A stretch of DNA of 64,000 nucleotides, taken from an uncultured Thermoprotei archaeon. Lineage in GTDB: Archaea; Thermoproteota; Thermoprotei; Thermofilales; B15-G2. A program made the position numbers and the translations under genes. The stretch spans positions 28,237 through 92,236 of the forward strand of contig CBDUKN010000008.1 of assembly GCA_965367815.1 (NCBI GenBank), given 5' to 3'. Below, piece by piece: positions 29,623 to 38,710 of this stretch. The notes under the pieces were generated by a model. It saw only the letters and a list, made by a program, of their open reading frames with translations, had not been told where the DNA came from and searched no databases. Each line of letters opens with the position of its first letter. Position 1 is the stretch's first letter.

Positions 29623-30707
29623 TTAACCTCACCTTTTATAACAGCATTATGAACATACACTATTTTAGGTGCCTCCTTTACCGGAGGCGGAACTACAGGT
29701 CTTATTGGGTATCTAAGCTTTATTAGTCTCTTTACAGGTCCTGGTACAGATCCTTCCATTAATATGAAATCGTTTCGTATAACACCATAGTGTTTAAGAC
29801 CTCCTTTTGGCACAACATTGAACTCCTCTATTTTCTCTTTGGGAACGATCTTAAGTATGCGTTTGTTATACTCTGTTCTCTGGTGGAAGCCCATTTGTCC
29901 GGCTCTCGGTATCATGAACATTACTCCTGGTTTTTGAGGACCTATGCTTCCTGTACGTCTGTGTCCCTTTCTATGTTTGTGCCACCGCGGCAGTATTTTT
30001 ACTCCAAATCGCTTGACTACACCTTGTGTACCTTTACCTTTCGTTATGGCTATAACATCTACAAGCTGTCCCTCCTTGAAAACTTCGGTTACTCTGAGCT
30101 CTTTTCCGAGTTTTGAGAGAGCGTATTCTAATGCTTTCTGCGGATCCCCTCCTATGGCTATTTCAAAAACTTCAGGCTTCTTTTTCCCTATAGTAGTTAA
30201 CCTTGGCTGAGTACACACAACTAGCCGGACGCTGCTTATTTTTTCTTTAACACTCCCTATTTTCTTGAGCTGTTTTTCGAAACGCTCTTCTGCTTTCTTT
30301 TTCTGTTCGCCATCTTCGCTAGTTTTCTTATCTTTAAGAGAATAGAATACAGCTGCTTTTGTTACGGTAAATTTGCGCTTAATGTCCTCTGGAAGCTCTT
30401 TTGCCCAGACCTCTCCCAGACACTTGTATCCGTAGGGAGTCTTCTCATAAACTCTTATAGCACAAACTATGAGCGGAGGGCATTCGATTATAGTAGCGGC
30501 TTTAGCCACTTCTTTTCCATAGAAAGGATGATTAGGGTTGTTCTCGATGTATATTAAGTGGGTCATGCCTGCCTTATATCCTGCAAATGCGAGAGGTACT
30601 GTTTGATCTACTTTAGGCCAGCGTCTGATTCTGGCAACTATACTTTTGGCCCTTACTCTTGGATAAACTCCCATTGATCCTCTGCGAGGCCTATGATCTT
30701 TAACCAT
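29619..30707 (-). CDS. rpl3: Ribosomal protein L3 (uL3)
   Basis: [13 protein letters not shown]...[15 protein letters not shown]...[10 protein letters not shown]. Confidence 0.94.
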   Translation of the reverse strand: MVKDHRPRRGSMGVYPRVRAKSIVARIRRWPKVDQTVPLAFAGYKAGMTHLIYIENNPNHPFYGKEVAKAATIIECPPLIVCAIRVYEKTPYGYKCLGEVWAKELPEDIKRKFTVTKAAVFYSLKDKKTSEDGEQKKKAEERFEKQLKKIGSVKEKISSVRLVVCTQPRLTTIGKKKPEVFEIAIGGDPQKALEYALSKLGKELRVTEVFKEGQLVDVIAITKGKGTQGVVKRFGVKILPRWHKHRKGHRRTGSIGPQKPGVMFMIPRAGQMGFHQRTEYNKRILKIVPKEKIEEFNVVPKGGLKHYGVIRNDFILMEGSVPGPVKRLIKLRYPIRPVVPPPVKEAPKIVYVHNAVIKGEVK

Positions 30708-30764
30708 TTTGATCCCCCAGAGCTGAAGTGAGAGTAGGAAAGGACGGTAATAAATATTTTGCCT

Positions 30765-31604
30765 TTAAATAGCGTTGAGTATCGATAATACTATCAACAC
30801 AGCCTCTTCAGTTCTCACAGTTTTTGTACCTTGGTAAGGTACAAAATTTACAATTAAATCACAAACACTTTCTGGATCTACTCCCTCTTCCTTTAGTATC
30901 TCACATATACCTTTATGAGGCCCGCCAAAAATAATTAGAACTTTTCTGGTGCGGCTAAACAGTTTTGTTTTTAGGTCTTCTTCCACCTCTCCTATCATAA
31001 CTCCGTAGCGAGAAGTCCCTAAAACAAAGTCAGCATTGCTTATCTTAATTGCATTAAGTAGAGACTCCGCCTTAATTACATCATAACCCCAATAGACAGG
31101 AACTTCCTCTTTTGAAAGTATACGACAACAGTCAACGTCTACGGTAACTCTTGAAAAAAGAGGCCTAGCAGGGCTACAAGTAATCGGCTTATCTAAACCA
31201 ATGTAGACAGTAGACTTATTTTTCACAGGATCGTTTTCGATAACTACACCTTCTCTATACTCGTGTCCTTTAACAATAATTCTTTCAGACTTTAACGGGT
31301 GATGAGGAGTGCGGAGAGGTGGCAATACTCCTGCATACTTCAACTGCTTTATTCTAGGAAATAAATACTTTCTTAAATATTGGGGACATTCCATATACTT
31401 TAGTATACTGTAAATAATTTCTTGGTAATAGCTGGCTTTTTCACCTTCTTTATAAACATAAATTTCATCTACCCTAAAAATGGCAGCTGCTCTCCCTACT
31501 ATTCCTACTTTAGTTGTTTGTTCTCTTAGATCTCTGCATTCACTAATTAAAGAAGATGGAATAGCAATTGCCCACTCGACTTTACGTTTAGGAGGATGCT
31601 GCAT
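30765..31604 (-). CDS. Putative SPOUT-superfamily RNA methyltransferase (DUF171/COG2106-like)
   Basis: 279 aa. This family conservatively sits upstream of L3 in archaea. The N-terminal sequence is WAIAIPSSLISE...TKVGIVGRAAAIFRVDEIYVY. Family assigned by recall. Confidence 0.5.
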   Translation of the reverse strand: MQHPPKRKVEWAIAIPSSLISECRDLREQTTKVGIVGRAAAIFRVDEIYVYKEGEKASYYQEIIYSILKYMECPQYLRKYLFPRIKQLKYAGVLPPLRTPHHPLKSERIIVKGHEYREGVVIENDPVKNKSTVYIGLDKPITCSPARPLFSRVTVDVDCCRILSKEEVPVYWGYDVIKAESLLNAIKISNADFVLGTSRYGVMIGEVEEDLKTKLFSRTRKVLIIFGGPHKGICEILKEEGVDPESVCDLIVNFVPYQGTKTVRTEEAVLIVLSILNAI

Positions 31605-31784
31605 TGCTAGTTATTTTATACTATTTATTTCTTTTTCTTCTTTTTCTTTTCTTTTTCTTTACTCTTCCCCTTCTTTCTTGACTCCTCTTTACCCTCCGAT
31701 TTTTCTACATCAAAGAATATTGATGTCCTCTGTCTTCCGCCCATATTCTCGTTTCTTAGTTAATCTAGTCCTTAATTAACTTTC

Positions 31785-32009
31785 TTATTCCTTTATCCTC
31801 CAGTAAGCTACTTTTCCACGCTTAATTTCCTCAATTAACCCTTCTTTTTCGAGTATTCTTAATACATAGAATACTTGTGAATGGGTTAAGCCTGATCTTT
31901 TAACTATTTCCGATGTTGGTAATTCTTTTTCGCTTTTAATTAGCTCGTAAATCGTTTTTTTCCTTTCTTTTACTGCTTCTGTAGTTCTGCGAGGCATGTT
32001 GTATATCAC
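31785..32009 (-). CDS. Small winged-helix DNA-binding protein
   Basis: 74 aa with LPTSEIVKRSGLTHSQVFYVLRILEKEGLIEEIKRGKVAYWRI (HTH plus wing). Confidence 0.5.
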   Translation of the reverse strand: MIYNMPRRTTEAVKERKKTIYELIKSEKELPTSEIVKRSGLTHSQVFYVLRILEKEGLIEEIKRGKVAYWRIKE

Positions 32010-32099
32010 GCGGAGACATAATTTATATTTTATGTTTTCACTTACGCTATATTTTCAGTATTAGCTAGAGAATTTTAGAAAAGGATTCTTTAAAATATT

Positions 32100-33542
32100 T
32101 TAGCTTTTGACTAGTCTTCTGAGTAATGGATATGCCTCTAGAGCTCTTTCTTGAGCTATCATTGCCTGATACTGGACTAATATGCCTGCTAAAAGCAGTA
32201 TACCTATGCCAGAACCTATAACGCCTAGAATGTCGCCTATAACGCTTATTATGGCTACTATGATCGAACTGAGTACTGTTAGTATAGGTATGTATTTTCG
32301 CAGTAGATATGCTATTATTTTAGGTGAATGCCTAAATCCGGGTATCTGCATTCCAGCGCTAACTAATTGCTCTGCCTGAGACTTGGGATCCATTCCAGTA
32401 AGTTCTACCCACAGTATTCCGAAGAGAATACAGAGCCCTATTGTTATTAGTGAATACAGCAGTACGTGAATAGGGTCTTCTAACACTGAAGTTAATCCAC
32501 GTGGCGGAGTTATGTAATATATTAGGCAGCCGGGTAGAGGAACTAGTCTTCCTTCTTTAACTTCAAATTTAGCTATTAAGTTAAGCCATGTATTGCTATT
32601 GTCCCTATTGAATCGAGACCATAGTACTTGTGAAAACATATAGATATCGGTGTACAGTATGCTAGCAAAGATTAATGGGATTATTGACACATAAAGGAAT
32701 TTAAGCGGTATTTTAGCTTTAAGGCCCCTGTATTTTGAGAGAGAAACTCCTACTTCGACCTGCATGCTTTCCATGTAAATTACTAGTATGAAGAAAACTA
32801 TCATCGTAGCGAAGCCGACTATGTCTGGCAGCCCTTTTCTTACTAATACAGTCGAGACAACAGACCAATTTCCTGTATTTGTAGCATTTAATATGGCAAC
32901 TGTTAACGCTGGAATTACTCCTAGAGGCAATCCGTCAGCAAAGGGACCTATGGGCGAGAATATTTGCCAGAATATTTGCTGAGCAATTCCGGCTGCAATG
33001 AATAAGTTTACTCCGCTTCCTATACCCCATCCTTTCTGTATCATCTCGTCCATCAGAATAACTGCAAGGGATGCCATCATTAGTTGGGCAAATATGAGCG
33101 CAGCTGATGTAATTGCTAGCACTCCGTAAGCTCCTCCTAGAATGAAAGCTAAAGCCTCTACTGCGGCAAAGACTATTGCTAAAAGTTTCTGCGCCCCGCT
33201 AAAGAACGCTCTATCCTCGGGTTTGCTAAGATCTAGTTCCAGAATCTTGCTTCCAACTAGAAGTTCCAATATAATACCGCTTGTAACTATAGGTCCTATG
33301 CCGAGTTCTGCTAGTGTTCCTTTTCTAGAAGCTAGTATTATTCTGAAAAAGAATAATTCCTCGTAGCCTCTAGTTCCATAAGGTATTCCGTACAGAGGTA
33401 CTTCACACATTATTAAGTACACTATCACTACTATGGCTGTCCAGAATAGCTTCTCTCTAAGCGTAACAGGTCTTCGTGGCCTTGGAACTTCAGGCAGAAT
33501 ACTGAATGCTGACCTAATAACGTCTTTTACAGATACAGACAT
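32100..33542 (-). CDS. secY: Preprotein translocase subunit SecY
   Basis: 480-aa polytopic protein with ...SRKGTLAELGIGPIVTSGIILELL..., downstream of L15. Confidence 0.95.
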   Translation of the reverse strand: MSVSVKDVIRSAFSILPEVPRPRRPVTLREKLFWTAIVVIVYLIMCEVPLYGIPYGTRGYEELFFFRIILASRKGTLAELGIGPIVTSGIILELLVGSKILELDLSKPEDRAFFSGAQKLLAIVFAAVEALAFILGGAYGVLAITSAALIFAQLMMASLAVILMDEMIQKGWGIGSGVNLFIAAGIAQQIFWQIFSPIGPFADGLPLGVIPALTVAILNATNTGNWSVVSTVLVRKGLPDIVGFATMIVFFILVIYMESMQVEVGVSLSKYRGLKAKIPLKFLYVSIIPLIFASILYTDIYMFSQVLWSRFNRDNSNTWLNLIAKFEVKEGRLVPLPGCLIYYITPPRGLTSVLEDPIHVLLYSLITIGLCILFGILWVELTGMDPKSQAEQLVSAGMQIPGFRHSPKIIAYLLRKYIPILTVLSSIIVAIISVIGDILGVIGSGIGILLLAGILVQYQAMIAQERALEAYPLLRRLVKS

Positions 33543-33552
33543 GATATCACCT

Positions 33553-33996
33553 TTAGCTCGCTGTAATAACTTTGCCTCCAGCTGCTTTAACTTTCTCTAT
33601 AGCTTTCTCTGACGCCATTCTAACAGATATTACCACAGGTTTGGATATTTTTCCTCCCCCTAGAAGCTTGTTGTATCCTAATTTTCCTAGGTCTACATAG
33701 TACTTGTTTTCTTTCATTTCAGCCAACCCCTTTTCCATGAGTGCATCTAGCATAGAGTCTAAGTCCTTGAGATTTATTGCCTTAACTTGAGGTTTTATAG
33801 CAGGAGGCTGAGTAAATCCATGTTTACCATACCAGTCTGGCGCATATTTGATAACCCATGTCCACATGTGTTTATGATATCCTGCGTGTCCTCTTCCTCC
33901 TCTGCTTCCACTTTTTCTGTGCTGACCTACTCTCCCCCAACCATGAGTTCTCCATCCTCTGAGACTTCTAGATTTTTTCTCCCTTCTGACTACCAT
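33553..33996 (-). CDS. rpl15: Ribosomal protein L15 (uL15)
   Basis: ...GWGRVGQHRKSGSRGGRGHAG... Confidence 0.92.
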   Translation of the reverse strand: MVVRREKKSRSLRGWRTHGWGRVGQHRKSGSRGGRGHAGYHKHMWTWVIKYAPDWYGKHGFTQPPAIKPQVKAINLKDLDSMLDALMEKGLAEMKENKYYVDLGKLGYNKLLGGGKISKPVVISVRMASEKAIEKVKAAGGKVITAS

Positions 33997-34106
33997 TAAA
34001 TCACCACTAGATTAGGTCTGAAAGTAAGGCTTCATCGGTGCTATATAGCTTTTTCGTAATGTTCACCTTCAGCAGTCAACCTATTTCTCTAAGACATAGC
34101 GGAAAA

Positions 34107-34114
34107 TTTATAAA
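34107..34114 (+). promoter_or_regulatory. Candidate TATA box (TTTATAAA) for the inverted S5-L30 unit
   Basis: An AT-rich octamer sits ~50 nt upstream of the S5 ATG, and GGTGG lies just before the ATG. Based on position only. Confidence 0.3.
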
Positions 34115-34164
34115 GCTTAACCATAATGTGCCTTAGCTGAGAGTATTTAAGGAAAGGTGGTATT

Positions 34165-34803
34165 ATGAGTGTACTAGACACATGGGTACCTAAAACAAGA
34201 GTAGGGAGACTGGTAAAGGAAGGAAAAATAACTTCAATAGACGAGATATTCGAGAGAAACTGGCCCATTAAAGAGGTCGAGATAGTTGATATACTCTTAC
34301 CAGACCTTAAACATGAAGTACTCAACATAAACTTGGTGCAGCGCCAGACGGATAGCCCGCTTTAAGCGGGCCCGTAAGCTGGCGAAATAAGTAGATTTCA
34401 GGCAGTTGTAGCTGTCGGAAACGAGGATGGTTACGTAGGAGTGGGTGTAGGCAAAGCTAAACAAGTAAGACAGGCAATTGAAAAAGCTATCATAGATGCT
34501 AAATTAAACATCATTCCTGTAAGAAGAGGATGCGGAAGCTGGGAATGCTTATGCAATACTCCTCACAGCGTGCCCTTTAAAGTCAAAGGAAAATGCGGAA
34601 GCGTTGAAATAATTCTAATTCCAGCACCCAAAGGCGTTGGTTTGGTGGCAGGCGAGACTGCAAAAACAGTACTGCGATTAGCTGGAATTAAGGATGTTTG
34701 GACACGAACTCGAGGCGAAACGAGAACAACTATTAACTTCGCTAAAGCCACATACGAAGCCTTAAAGAAGACATATGCTATAAAGACCCCAGATAGGTGG
34801 TAA
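34165..34803 (+). CDS. rps5: Ribosomal protein S5 (uS5), two exons: 34165..34353 + 34378..34803 (204 aa after removing a 24-nt BHB intron)
   Basis: Exon 1 ends ...NLVQRQTD. Exon 2 begins [30 protein letters not shown]... and is in frame only after the intron is removed. The unspliced frame stops at 34363-34365. Confidence 0.9.
34354..34377 (+). other. Bulge-helix-bulge (hBHBh') intron in the S5 pre-mRNA
   Basis: Outer helix CGCCAG/CTGGCG, central helix ACGG/CCGT, 3-nt bulges ATA and AAG, inner hairpin GCCCGC-TTTAA-GCGGGC. Canonical cut positions restore the uS5 frame. Confidence 0.8.
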
Positions 34804-34806
34804 ACT

Positions 34807-35277
34807 TTGGGTAAAAGACTAGCTGTTATACGTATAAGGGGAACAGTAGGTGTAAGAAAAGACATAGAGTATACACTAAGGTTACTTAGGCTAGTAAGAA
34901 AATTTCACGCAGTAGTAATCGACGATAGACCGGACTACCTTGGTATGCTACAGAAGGTAAAAGACTATGTTACATGGGGAGAAATAGATGCAGAAACACT
35001 AGCCGAACTTTTAAGAAAAAGAGGTCGTCTCGTAGGAAATAGAAGACCTACAGACGAAGATGTCAAAAAGTTAGGATATAGCAGTATAGAAGAGTTTGCC
35101 GAAGCAGTAATAGAGTTTAAAGCAGAACTGAGCGACATACCTGGACTAAAACCTGTATTTAGGCTACATCCTCCTAAAGGAGGATTTAAGGGAACAATAA
35201 AGAGAATGTACGGCGACGGTGGAGAAACAGGGTATAGAGGCAAAGATATTAACGAGCTACTACGAAGAATGATTTAA
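34807..35277 (+). CDS. rpl30: Ribosomal protein L30 (uL30)
   Basis: TTG start. [25 protein letters not shown]...[10 protein letters not shown]. Confidence 0.9.
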   Translation: MGKRLAVIRIRGTVGVRKDIEYTLRLLRLVRKFHAVVIDDRPDYLGMLQKVKDYVTWGEIDAETLAELLRKRGRLVGNRRPTDEDVKKLGYSSIEEFAEAVIEFKAELSDIPGLKPVFRLHPPKGGFKGTIKRMYGDGGETGYRGKDINELLRRMI

Positions 35278-35891
35278 GAGCTCTTCTTGCTTAATAAACT
35301 TTCGTATTTTGAAACAATTTTACTTTTAACCTCTGTAAAGTGACTCACTATATTTTCTGGCCGTAGTCCTCTTTTCAGATACTGAGAAAACTGTCTTTCA
35401 TATAAGCTAAGATCTTTCTCCAGCAAGTATTTCGCGTAATCTTCTATGTGTTTCCCTGATATTCTATCTTCCGATGGAAGTACTTCAGGAGAACATGGAA
35501 CTTTAAGTCCGGCATCGAGAGCTCCCTTTATTACAGCAAATACTTTAGACCCCTTTGTCGGTCTATGTAATCCTATATCGGGTATAGCTTCTTCTATTCC
35601 TTTAAGTCTAGCCTTATATCCTATTATCAACCCCGTTAAGTATGCTGCAGCAGTATTTGAGCAGTCGCCTAGCCAGCCATATTTTTTAGCTAGTACTTTG
35701 GAAGATATACCTACTATTGTCTCATCTCCTTCTGGTTTCGCTTTAACTATTTGTGCTATAATGTATTTGAGAGTTTTTCTTATAACTAATCTTGGTTTGT
35801 CGGAGAGTATCATTTTTCTTCTCTTGTAGTAGTTTGTTAGACCTAGTCTTCTTCTGCGGAAGGGTACTTTATAGCGCCCGTTTCGCGCCAT
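35274..35891 (-). CDS. rpl18: Ribosomal protein L18 (uL18)
   Basis: [22 protein letters not shown]...[15 protein letters not shown]. Confidence 0.92.
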   Translation of the reverse strand: MARNGRYKVPFRRRRLGLTNYYKRRKMILSDKPRLVIRKTLKYIIAQIVKAKPEGDETIVGISSKVLAKKYGWLGDCSNTAAAYLTGLIIGYKARLKGIEEAIPDIGLHRPTKGSKVFAVIKGALDAGLKVPCSPEVLPSEDRISGKHIEDYAKYLLEKDLSLYERQFSQYLKRGLRPENIVSHFTEVKSKIVSKYESLLSKKSS

Positions 35892-35896
35892 AGCTA

Positions 35897-36337
35897 CTAC
35901 CTCTCAAGCAATTTGTGTTCCTCAATATAAGCTTTTAAGTGAGATAGACTTCTAAAGTATCCTCCTTTAGCTAGACGATAAAGTCTCCTGTAAGTTCTTG
36001 GACTAATTTTTCTTCTAGCTCTAAGTTCCTTTAGGTATCGTCTCATAGCTCTGATTTTAGCGACCCATATCTCTTTTTCATCAAATCTAGGTCCTTTTCT
36101 CTTTCCTGGTCCTCTTCTCCTGCCTTTTTTCTTCTTTAGGTGCCTGATTCTTGCTCTTACTCTAGAATTACCTTTTTTAGGCTTGACTCTAATAACTCCT
36201 TCTTTAATAAGCTTTTTAACTTCTTCTCTTGTGATTACTGTGACTAGCTCATTATGTTTAGTAGGGTCAATCCATATTCTTGATACACCTACTCCCAATA
36301 TTTCTGACGCTAACCTTTTTAGATGATCAACAGACAC
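35897..36337 (-). CDS. rpl19e: Ribosomal protein L19e (eL19)
   Basis: [20 protein letters not shown]...[12 protein letters not shown]. Confidence 0.92.
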   Translation of the reverse strand: MSVDHLKRLASEILGVGVSRIWIDPTKHNELVTVITREEVKKLIKEGVIRVKPKKGNSRVRARIRHLKKKKGRRRGPGKRKGPRFDEKEIWVAKIRAMRRYLKELRARRKISPRTYRRLYRLAKGGYFRSLSHLKAYIEEHKLLER

Positions 36338-36348
36338 TACTCCTCACC

Positions 36349-36786
36349 TCATAACTGAGGATTTAATATTTTTATATTTCGTTTTTTAGCCTCTTCAATT
36401 ATTTCCATTCTTTTTCTTTTACCAACAGTAGACGCTATTCTAATAGCTTCTCTATCAGGATCTATGTAGTCCAAATCTTTAACGTTATATACAATGACAT
36501 CCCTGAAGCCCGAAGGATGATATCCTCTAACCCTTTTAGGTCCTCTGTATCCGATTTTTACTCTCGGCGGATAACCTTTAACTTGTAATCGTATTTTGTT
36601 GTCTAAGCCTTTAGGTCTCCTCCAAGAGTCTCCTATACGCTTAAATCTCCATGCATCCATACGCATGAATCGAGGTAGTTTATTCTTGAGCTGCCTGCGG
36701 ATAATTAGCATTTTCTTTTCTAACGGTGTAAGCTTAGGTTTCACCTTTACTAACTCCTCAACGTTTTCACTCATTTTCTCCACCAC
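36349..36786 (-). CDS. rpl32e: Ribosomal protein L32e (eL32)
   Basis: ...FMRMDAWRFKRIGDSWRRPKGLDNKIRL...GYRGPKRVRGYHPSG. Confidence 0.9.
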   Translation of the reverse strand: MVEKMSENVEELVKVKPKLTPLEKKMLIIRRQLKNKLPRFMRMDAWRFKRIGDSWRRPKGLDNKIRLQVKGYPPRVKIGYRGPKRVRGYHPSGFRDVIVYNVKDLDYIDPDREAIRIASTVGKRKRMEIIEEAKKRNIKILNPQL

Positions 36787-36791
36787 CTATA

Positions 36792-37184
36792 TTAATAAAC
36801 ATAAGCTACTAAGACTCCACCAATACCTAACTTTTTAGCCTCTTTGTGAGTCATTACGCCTTTAGACGTCGACACTATAAGTACTCCCATGTTTCTTGCA
36901 GGGAGATACTTTTCTTCCCATTCTTCAAATTCATTTTTCTTTACAGGAAATCTTGGTTTAATAACTCCGCACTTATTAATTCGACCTAAAAGTTGTACTC
37001 TTAGCTTACCAGACCTACCATCATCTATGTATTCTATTTCGCCGATATATCCTTCTTTCTGCATTACTCTTAGTACCTGAGCTATGAACTTTGAAGCCGG
37101 ATATATTATACACTCCTTATGCCCTCTTGCTTCATTGTTCACTATTGTTGCCAACGCATTTGCGAGAGTATCCATGAGCACCAT
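36792..37184 (-). CDS. rps8: Ribosomal protein S8 (uS8)
   Basis: [22 protein letters not shown]...GVLVAYVY. Confidence 0.93.
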   Translation of the reverse strand: MVLMDTLANALATIVNNEARGHKECIIYPASKFIAQVLRVMQKEGYIGEIEYIDDGRSGKLRVQLLGRINKCGVIKPRFPVKKNEFEEWEEKYLPARNMGVLIVSTSKGVMTHKEAKKLGIGGVLVAYVY

Positions 37185-37227
37185 TGTTCTTCCTCCTCAA
37201 TCACCATCATGTCCTCTATAAATTTTT

Positions 37228-37392
37228 CTACATATACTTCTTGAAACCTATTTGCTCGGCTACTTCTCTAAAACATCTTCTACATAGGTTTAAGCCATAC
37301 ATTCTAATTAAAGCTTCATGAGTCCCGCAGCGCCTACATCTTCTTGAACCTTTTCCATATTTTCTTATTTTAGGTGAACGAATTTTACCCAT
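37228..37392 (-). CDS. rps14: Ribosomal protein S14 (uS14, zinc form); 54 aa, below the ORF-track cutoff
   Basis: My own translation is [54 protein letters not shown]. It has CxxC...CxxC motifs and lies between L5 and S8. Confidence 0.88.
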   Translation of the reverse strand: MGKIRSPKIRKYGKGSRRCRRCGTHEALIRMYGLNLCRRCFREVAEQIGFKKYM

Positions 37393-37398
37393 ATTTCC

Positions 37399-37965
37399 TC
37401 ACCTCTTACGAGATCTTACAACAGTAACTCCTAACACCTTTTCTAAAAACTCTATTGCTTCTTCTTTTGCTACATAGTGATTCTTTCCTATCGAAGATTT
37501 TCTCCTTTTTCTTCTAGCAACTCTGAAGCCCGGTCTTTCAAGCGAAATACAGACGTCAAATCCGAAGATTCCTACCATAGGATCATACTTTACTCCTGGT
37601 AGAAGTATATGTTCTTTGACTCCAAAGCATATATTGCCTCTGTCGTCTATGCTACTCTCCTTTATTTTGTAGTCGATTACAGGAAGTACTTTCTCTAAGA
37701 ATTTTAGTGCTTTTTCTCCTCTTAGTGTGACTACACAAGCTATATTTTCTCCCTTCTTTATTCCGAATTCCTTTATTGTTCTTTTAGCTTTTCGAAGAGA
37801 CGGCTTTTGACCTGTAATCTCTTCTAACACCATTGCTGCCTTCATTAGTCGTTCTCCAGATTCCCCTACGGCCATGTTTACTACAACCTTACTTAGAATG
37901 ATACTTCTCATCACAGGTTCTTTTGCAAGAACCCAAGGTTTGTTTAGCATATAGCTTTGCGCCAT
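37399..37965 (-). CDS. rpl5: Ribosomal protein L5 (uL5)
   Basis: ...KVVVNMAVGESGERL...FGFDVCISLERPGFRVARR. Confidence 0.93.
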   Translation of the reverse strand: MAQSYMLNKPWVLAKEPVMRSIILSKVVVNMAVGESGERLMKAAMVLEEITGQKPSLRKAKRTIKEFGIKKGENIACVVTLRGEKALKFLEKVLPVIDYKIKESSIDDRGNICFGVKEHILLPGVKYDPMVGIFGFDVCISLERPGFRVARRKRRKSSIGKNHYVAKEEAIEFLEKVLGVTVVRSRKR

Positions 37966-37966
37966 A

Positions 37967-38710
37967 TTACTTCACCTCGAAAACGCTTATTTCTGGTTTT
38001 TCATCACCTATTAAAAATACATAGTCCATTATAGTTCTTAATTCCTCTCCATTATCTGTTTCAAGTGAAACAATAGCCCTTGACTTCTTAAAGACTTGAA
38101 TTACTTCCTTTATTCTTCCCACTCTTCCTACGTTGTTGCCTCCTATAATTATCGCGTACTTACCTTTCTCGAACTTGAAGTGTCCAAGTAGTTCTTGTCT
38201 AGGTATACTTATCTTAATTGTGTCGTACGTCTTATAGACATCTTCTTCAGGATTTCTTGGATTAGATACTCTAATTAAATGGTTCCTACCATCATGAAGA
38301 TTTAGCTGAATGTGCCCTCCTTTAACTGTTGTTTTATTTTCTATTCTGCATAGTTTAAAGCCGGCTTTCTCTTTAGATATTGGTAGTAAGTCGAGGAATT
38401 TAACAGGATGGGGCATTACTCTGAAGTATTCTTCCGTGGGAACTATTTCAATCACATCCATTAATCCTATGGGGAACTTGTAGTCTCTACGTACCTTTCC
38501 ATCGACTTTAACTTTGCCTTCTCCTAGAATCATTCTTGCTTCACGCATAGTTTTGGCATACTTTAAGTAGTCTCGGATTACTATTCCAAGTGGAATACAG
38601 CGATCTATGGGGTGAGGGCCTGGACTAGGCTTTACTGTCCAGTGATACTCTTTCCTAAGTATCTTCCAGAACCATGGAGCTGCATGACGGGTTAAATGCC
38701 TAGAGGTCAT
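37967..38710 (-). CDS. rps4e: Ribosomal protein S4e (eS4)
   Basis: HLTRHAAPWFWKI..KEYHWTVKPSPGPH... Confidence 0.93.
   Translation of the reverse strand: MTSRHLTRHAAPWFWKILRKEYHWTVKPSPGPHPIDRCIPLGIVIRDYLKYAKTMREARMILGEGKVKVDGKVRRDYKFPIGLMDVIEIVPTEEYFRVMPHPVKFLDLLPISKEKAGFKLCRIENKTTVKGGHIQLNLHDGRNHLIRVSNPRNPEEDVYKTYDTIKISIPRQELLGHFKFEKGKYAIIIGGNNVGRVGRIKEVIQVFKKSRAIVSLETDNGEELRTIMDYVFLIGDEKPEISVFEVK

Noticed and set aside
35274-35277. Treating the TTAA stop-stop overlap of L30/L18 as a recombination scar of the inversion
   Set aside because: The same kind of palindromic convergent stop overlap occurs at unrelated gene pairs: TTAA at 589-592, and CTAG at 41805-41808 between cdc6 and rfcL. It therefore looks like general genome compaction rather than a specific junction signature.
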